From assembly GCA_964514975.1 (NCBI GenBank), contig CAZESS010000014.1, positions 1 to 59,759 of the forward strand: a stretch of 59,759 nucleotides of DNA, read 5' to 3'. Position numbers and translations under genes: made by a program. The stretch comes from an uncultured Thermoplasmatales archaeon (GTDB taxonomy: Archaea; Thermoplasmatota; E2; UBA202; DSCA01). Below the pieces are notes generated by a model. That model searched no databases and was not told where the DNA came from. It saw nothing but the letters and a program-made list of their open reading frames with translations. Shown here in pieces: positions 56,601-59,759 of the stretch (the first letter of the stretch is position 1; the number at the start of each line of letters is the position of its first letter).

Positions 56601-59103
56601 TCATGTTTTCTGCAAGCGCATCTATCAAAAGCGGCGGGTTTTCAAGGGATGCGGGAACCAGGTTGTCATATCCCGGGACATTGTCGTACCACCAAAAGCA
56701 GTTGGCAACCGCCGTCGGCCCGCAATACGACCATTTCGCTACATCGTCGCCGGCCGGGGGGAGTGAATCGAGCGCGTTGTTCCCGCCAGGAGCGATAAGT
56801 GGAGCGGGGTCGAAAACATCGTCGCCGGCAACACCGGTGTTAATAATGCCGTCTGGTCCCGGACGCATTGTTTTCCAAGTGTTCTGTTTTTGGTCAAAAT
56901 CGGGTACACCGGCTGGAACGCCTGAATAATTAGCCTTGAAAAACCAGTTTGAGATGTCAAGTGTGGTGAACTCCCATGTCATCGATGTGTTTTGCAGCTG
57001 GCCATCATGTACCGTGACATACCATGTATACGTGGTGTTATGGGCAAGGCTGCCCCAGAGAACCGACGTGGTGGTACCGTTAGAGACACCACTATGTGAA
57101 CCTATCAGGCTGCCATCGCTGGCATCATAGAAGGAGACCGTCATACTGTCGTCATCAGGGTCGGTAACGGTGACGCTTAACGTAGGGACCGTTAGAACGC
57201 CGGTAGATCCATTGGCTGGAACTGGATTGCTTGCACTTGGTGGACGGTTTGCTACGGTAACCGTTATAGATGCCATTGTGGTGTCTGTTGCTCCGTCGTC
57301 GTCGGTCACCGTCAACGTCACAGTAAAGGTGCCGTCGTCGGCGTAGCTATGCGATGGGTTCTGCACCGTGCTCGTATTCCCGTCACCGAAGCTCCAGCTC
57401 CACGAAACAATGCTCCCGTCGCTATCGGATGACAGATCCGTAAACTGTATGGTGTCAGCCGTCGATGGAGACATGGGACTATAATCGAAATCAGCAGACG
57501 GCCCAACATTGGACACAGACACCACCTGTGATACAACATCGGTTGCACCGTCATCATCGGTCACCGTCAAGATAACCGTGTAGCTGCCATCATCGGCATA
57601 GCTATGCGTTATCTCTTCGCCGTACAATGTCGCGCCGTCACCCATCGTCCATGTCCAGTTAACGATGGTGCCATCAGGGTCGCCTGAAGTGCTGTTGAAA
57701 TAGACAAGGTCACTCGTGTTTGGCGTTGCAGGTTCTACGGTGAACGACGCTGATGGTGCTGCGTTGATTTCAAACGTGTAAGACGATGACATCTGGCTGT
57801 TGCCGCTCGTGTCATTTGCCCAGATGAAATACGTGTACGTGCCAGCCATGGTGTAGGTCTGGTTGTAGTAGTAGCTGCCACTGTTCATCGTCACATTCAT
57901 CGTGGAGCCATCCGGAAATGTGACGTTGACCGTTACGCTGCCGACCTGCACGTTGTCGGTGACGGTGCACGTGATGTTCACCGGGCCGCCCGACACCTGC
58001 GGGTCAGGAGCTGCCGATATGTCGCTGACAGCCGGCGGGTCGTTATCGGTAACGGGGACATCGCCGCTCGTGTTGTTCCAGTTGTCGCTGGTGTCGTTCG
58101 CCGCTATTATGTAATGCAGGGTGTCCAACGTGTCCATCACCGTTATGGTCTGTTCCCAATAGCTGCCGGCCACGTTGTCCATGCTCACATTTGCATGGCT
58201 CCCCGAGCCATACCAGTATTCAACCCATACACTGTCAACAGCGACATTGTCGGTAACCGAGACATTGAACGTAAAGCTGTCGCCCGTGGTAGCAACCCCG
58301 GGCGTGCTGTCGGTGAGCACCGGCGGGTCATCGTCCGTGATGGTGACATCACCCGTGATGCTGTTCCAGTTGCCGGACGTATCCCGGGCAGCAATACTAT
58401 AATGCAGGGTGTCCAACGTGTCCATCACCGTTATGGTCTGTTCCCAATAGCTGCCGGCCACGTTGTCCATGCTCACATTTGCATGGCTCCCCGAGCCATA
58501 CCAGTATTCAACCCATACACTGTCAACAGCGACATTGTCGGTAACCGAGACATTGAACGTAAAGCTGTCGCCCGTCGACGCCGCTCCCGGCGTATGATCG
58601 GTAATCCCGGGGGATGTTACATCCGGGATGGTGAACGTTCCATTGTCAGGGGTGGACGGCAAAATGACATCGCTTTCGTTGATGAGCTCCACCTTCACAA
58701 AGTCAAGCGGCGACATATCTCCCTCGCTGCCCATCGCCTCAAGGGTCACCGTCGCCAGCGTCACGTTGCCGCTCATCGGCTGACTTGAAAACTGCCAGCC
58801 CGCAATCCGGGTGTACCCGCTCGCGTTCTGCATGTTCACGGTCAACATGTCGAAATCGCTGTCCTGCACCGATGCCACATGGACAACCGACTGGTCATAG
58901 GAAAGGTTGACCTCACCGGTCATAATATCGGAAACATTGTGAATCATAATGGGCACCGTCACCGTTGTCCCGGGTGCGGCGCTGCAGTCCTCGATGGAGA
59001 CAACGATGGCATCACGGTTAGCCGCGGTGTTCATACATCCAATGCCAATCAGTGCTATAGCGATCCCGATAGTTATCCATGTAATCCATGTGTTTGTTTT
59101 CAT
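53641..59103 (-). CDS. 1820-aa exported modular protein: cohesin, Ig-like repeats, 7 PKD domains, internal papain-fold cysteine protease domain, C-terminal duplicated GWN domain
   Basis: True start ATG 59103 (signal peptide); cohesin-like about 58627-59010; W.FGDG/W.MGDG and TVTDDDG PKD repeats; YCGPTAVANC...GHYVT...SDP protease about 56050-56950; LYQGWNLI and LYAGWNTI repeats; no C-terminal TM. Confidence 0.88.
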   Translation of the reverse strand: MKTNTWITWITIGIAIALIGIGCMNTAANRDAIVVSIEDCSAAPGTTVTVPIMIHNVSDIMTGEVNLSYDQSVVHVASVQDSDFDMLTVNMQNASGYTRIAGWQFSSQPMSGNVTLATVTLEAMGSEGDMSPLDFVKVELINESDVILPSTPDNGTFTIPDVTSPGITDHTPGAASTGDSFTFNVSVTDNVAVDSVWVEYWYGSGSHANVSMDNVAGSYWEQTITVMDTLDTLHYSIAARDTSGNWNSITGDVTITDDDPPVLTDSTPGVATTGDSFTFNVSVTDNVAVDSVWVEYWYGSGSHANVSMDNVAGSYWEQTITVMDTLDTLHYIIAANDTSDNWNNTSGDVPVTDNDPPAVSDISAAPDPQVSGGPVNITCTVTDNVQVGSVTVNVTFPDGSTMNVTMNSGSYYYNQTYTMAGTYTYFIWANDTSGNSQMSSSYTFEINAAPSASFTVEPATPNTSDLVYFNSTSGDPDGTIVNWTWTMGDGATLYGEEITHSYADDGSYTVILTVTDDDGATDVVSQVVSVSNVGPSADFDYSPMSPSTADTIQFTDLSSDSDGSIVSWSWSFGDGNTSTVQNPSHSYADDGTFTVTLTVTDDDGATDTTMASITVTVANRPPSASNPVPANGSTGVLTVPTLSVTVTDPDDDSMTVSFYDASDGSLIGSHSGVSNGTTTSVLWGSLAHNTTYTWYVTVHDGQLQNTSMTWEFTTLDISNWFFKANYSGVPAGVPDFDQKQNTWKTMRPGPDGIINTGVAGDDVFDPAPLIAPGGNNALDSLPPAGDDVAKWSYCGPTAVANCFWWYDNVPGYDNLVPASLENPPLLIDALAENMSTSSQGTTNVTNMQNAMNQWLIDQGLDDEFYVHVNQTPGFQWIDGEIHRSQDVILLLGFYGDGYYDRYSGHYVTCAGTNTVQQQLAFSDPFYDNAGSGNGPGRVLPLGHTCFSHGGTDHNNPAHVSQDFYSVIPVSIPGGTALAVQNYPINSVDILQLDGGGISQPFVGGNIHAVIDYAIVLSPQNQSPVLSDVNPSGGEIDVALSLDQLSVDIADPEGDAFDWTIETHPDIGDATGTNENDGIKTCAISGLAHDTTYTWYVNATDYGGRGGWTNETYTFTTVANIPPSASFTYEPTAPSTSDTMYFNSTSNDPDGSIVNWTWTMGDGATLYGEEITHSYADDGSYTVILTVTDDDGATDVVSQVVSVSNVGPSADFDYSPISPSTADTVQFTDLSSDSDGSIVSWSWSFGDGGTSTVQNPSHSYADDGSYTVTLTVTDDDGATDSASQVVMVSNVAPSASFTFEPASPSATDLIYFNSTSIDSDGSIVNWTWDMGDGTTLYGERVTYSYADDGSFTVTLTVTDDDGATDAVSQTVSVGNVDPSASFIYEPATPLTSDTVYFNSTSNDPDGSIVNWTWNMGDGTTLYGEEITHSYADDGSFTVTLTVTDDDGDTDIASDMVTVDNRPPAANFSVSPAVCISNQTVQFTDLSSDIDGYIVSWQWTFGDGATSTVQHPDHQYAATGVYNVTLTVTDDDGAVDTTWHTVIVASIDTVRITHSTHNEIQDGNLTTEFTLSAYASAFNDTYGFLCFVNASWSLLNSGSNANLNTTTGRSVLFNSGTLNGTSQLSIDAVGRTHDSASFTINANYCSRMLYQGWNLITVPVEHDYTAKTLGENISGCSIVSYYNASTGAFQSYVIGTSPPSLDFAVADGVGYFVYMNCRQIFSVVDTPISDVSVDLYAGWNTIGWYNATATNASSLGTALDNCTIVSTWNASSDTFSSYLIGVSPPSYDFPVRQGMGIFVYMTKAGTWHGEGSRLHERSETPS
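55314..57676. repeat. Near-identical direct repeats of about 350 bp (about 55314-55660 and 57330-57676), offset 2016 bp
   Basis: 55457-55635 matches 57473-57651 with no mismatch seen, and the flanks differ at scattered positions; they encode a PKD-PKD pair. Confidence 0.85.
58112..58575. repeat. Two identical 176-bp direct repeats (58112-58287 and 58400-58575), period 288 bp
   Basis: Base-by-base comparison by eye found no mismatch; they encode tandem Ig-like modules. Confidence 0.9.
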
Positions 59104-59134
59104 GGTTTCATCTCGTGTTGTATATATTGAAATC

Positions 59135-59759
59135 TCATTGTAATACCTCGTATCCTTCTTTTTTGAGGAGATATTTTGCGAGATAGGAGGCATCGTTGTC
59201 GTTGACGATGCCATTGCCGCTGACATCCGCTATGCCTGCGATGACACCGGTATATCCCGTTTTGCCAAGGAGATATTTTGCGAGATAGGAGGCGTCATAG
59301 AGGTTGACGATGCCATTGCCGCTGACGTCGCCGTTTTTCCAGATGGTGAGGGCAACGCTGGTGGTGTTCCAGTTGCCGGCGGTGTCGGTTGCGTTGATTT
59401 CGAGCATGCGGGGGAGATATGTGCTCGTGGTGTTGTCGTAGACGGCGTTTCCCACCGGGGCACTAACCCGGATGTACCAGGTGTCGGTGCCAGCCATGTG
59501 ATGCATCGTGTCGATGGAGCCACCGAGAGCGGTGAGATCGATTGTGACCCCGGCGATGGTGCTGCAGTCGGTCACCGTTATGGATATGTTGGCGGTTTCG
59601 TTGAAGGTTGGATTGTTGTCTGTATCCTCGGGGATGACAGCGGGAGCGGCGGAGGCGGCAAGCCGGGGGCCGTCGTTGTCGCTGATGGCAACATCACCAG
59701 TTGCGTTGTTCCAGTTGTCGCTGGTGTCGTTCGCCGCTATTATGTAATGCAGGGTGTCC
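59135..59759 (-). CDS. C-terminal part of a probable exported Ig-repeat protein ending in a dockerin domain (5' end outside window)
   Basis: Frame open to the window edge; ends in GDVSGNGIVNLYDASYLAKYLL and ADVSGNGIVNDNDASYLAKYLL, the duplicated Ca-loop/helix of dockerins. Confidence 0.85.
   Translation of the reverse strand, partial: DTLHYIIAANDTSDNWNNATGDVAISDNDGPRLAASAAPAVIPEDTDNNPTFNETANISITVTDCSTIAGVTIDLTALGGSIDTMHHMAGTDTWYIRVSAPVGNAVYDNTTSTYLPRMLEINATDTAGNWNTTSVALTIWKNGDVSGNGIVNLYDASYLAKYLLGKTGYTGVIAGIADVSGNGIVNDNDASYLAKYLLKKEGYEVLQ
59705..59759. repeat. 55-bp exact repeat of 58072-58126, shared between two adjacent genes (runs off window)
   Basis: GTTGTTCCAGTTGTCGCTGGTGTCGTTCGCCGCTATTATGTAATGCAGGGTGTCC occurs at both sites. 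Confidence 0.9.

Noticed and set aside
54480-58575. Periodic repeats as a CRISPR array or DGR template/variable repeats
   Set aside because: The repeats are in-frame PKD/Ig coding modules with no spacer structure, no adenine-specific mismatch pattern seen, and no cas or reverse transcriptase gene in the window
59104-59226. N-terminal 41 aa of the 1861-aa ORF, suggesting a fusion or frameshift with the upstream gene
   Set aside because: It is an alternative frame of the dockerin coding region; the upstream gene has its own stop at 59135 and the signal peptide starts at ATG 59103
1-59759. Selenocysteine or pyrrolysine readthrough, inteins, programmed frameshifts
   Set aside because: Recognised genes appear full length without internal stops or insertions (checked by eye only)

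Overview
GC-rich archaeal chromosomal segment. The archaeal ribosomal proteins, fibrillarin, archaeal RibC/RibL, geranylgeranyl reductase, DUF373/DUF6015 and CoaD-DUF84 fusion point to Thermoplasmatota; the canonical mevalonate kinase and many secreted peptidases favour a sediment lineage outside the Thermoplasmatales (inference). Most of the window is housekeeping: the distal spc ribosomal operon running into secY, the rpl7ae-rps28e-rpl24e-ndk operon, flavin, thiamine and CoA genes, pheT, RNase J and tRNA-Ser(GCT). Many exported peptidases and large surface proteins are interspersed. No integrase, transposase, CRISPR array or rRNA was seen. Best leads: (1) a C-terminal dockerin protein directly upstream of an 1820-aa cohesin + PKD + papain-fold protease protein, suggesting a cellulosome-like assembly for protein degradation, built from near-identical DNA modules; (2) a two-hairpin box H/ACA guide RNA absent from the ORF track (9978-10108, minus), whose pockets fit two uridines in the 23S peptidyl-transferase region; (3) an EMC6-like membrane domain fused to an extracellular domain and a PGF-CTERM; (4) a divergent cis-prenyltransferase-fold protein; (5) a double zinc-finger/cold-shock fusion; (6) AT-rich mosaic loops inside a site-2 protease gene; (7) a ThiI lacking its PP-loop; (8) probable ATA and ATC start codons. 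All family calls are by motif recognition by eye, with no database search.
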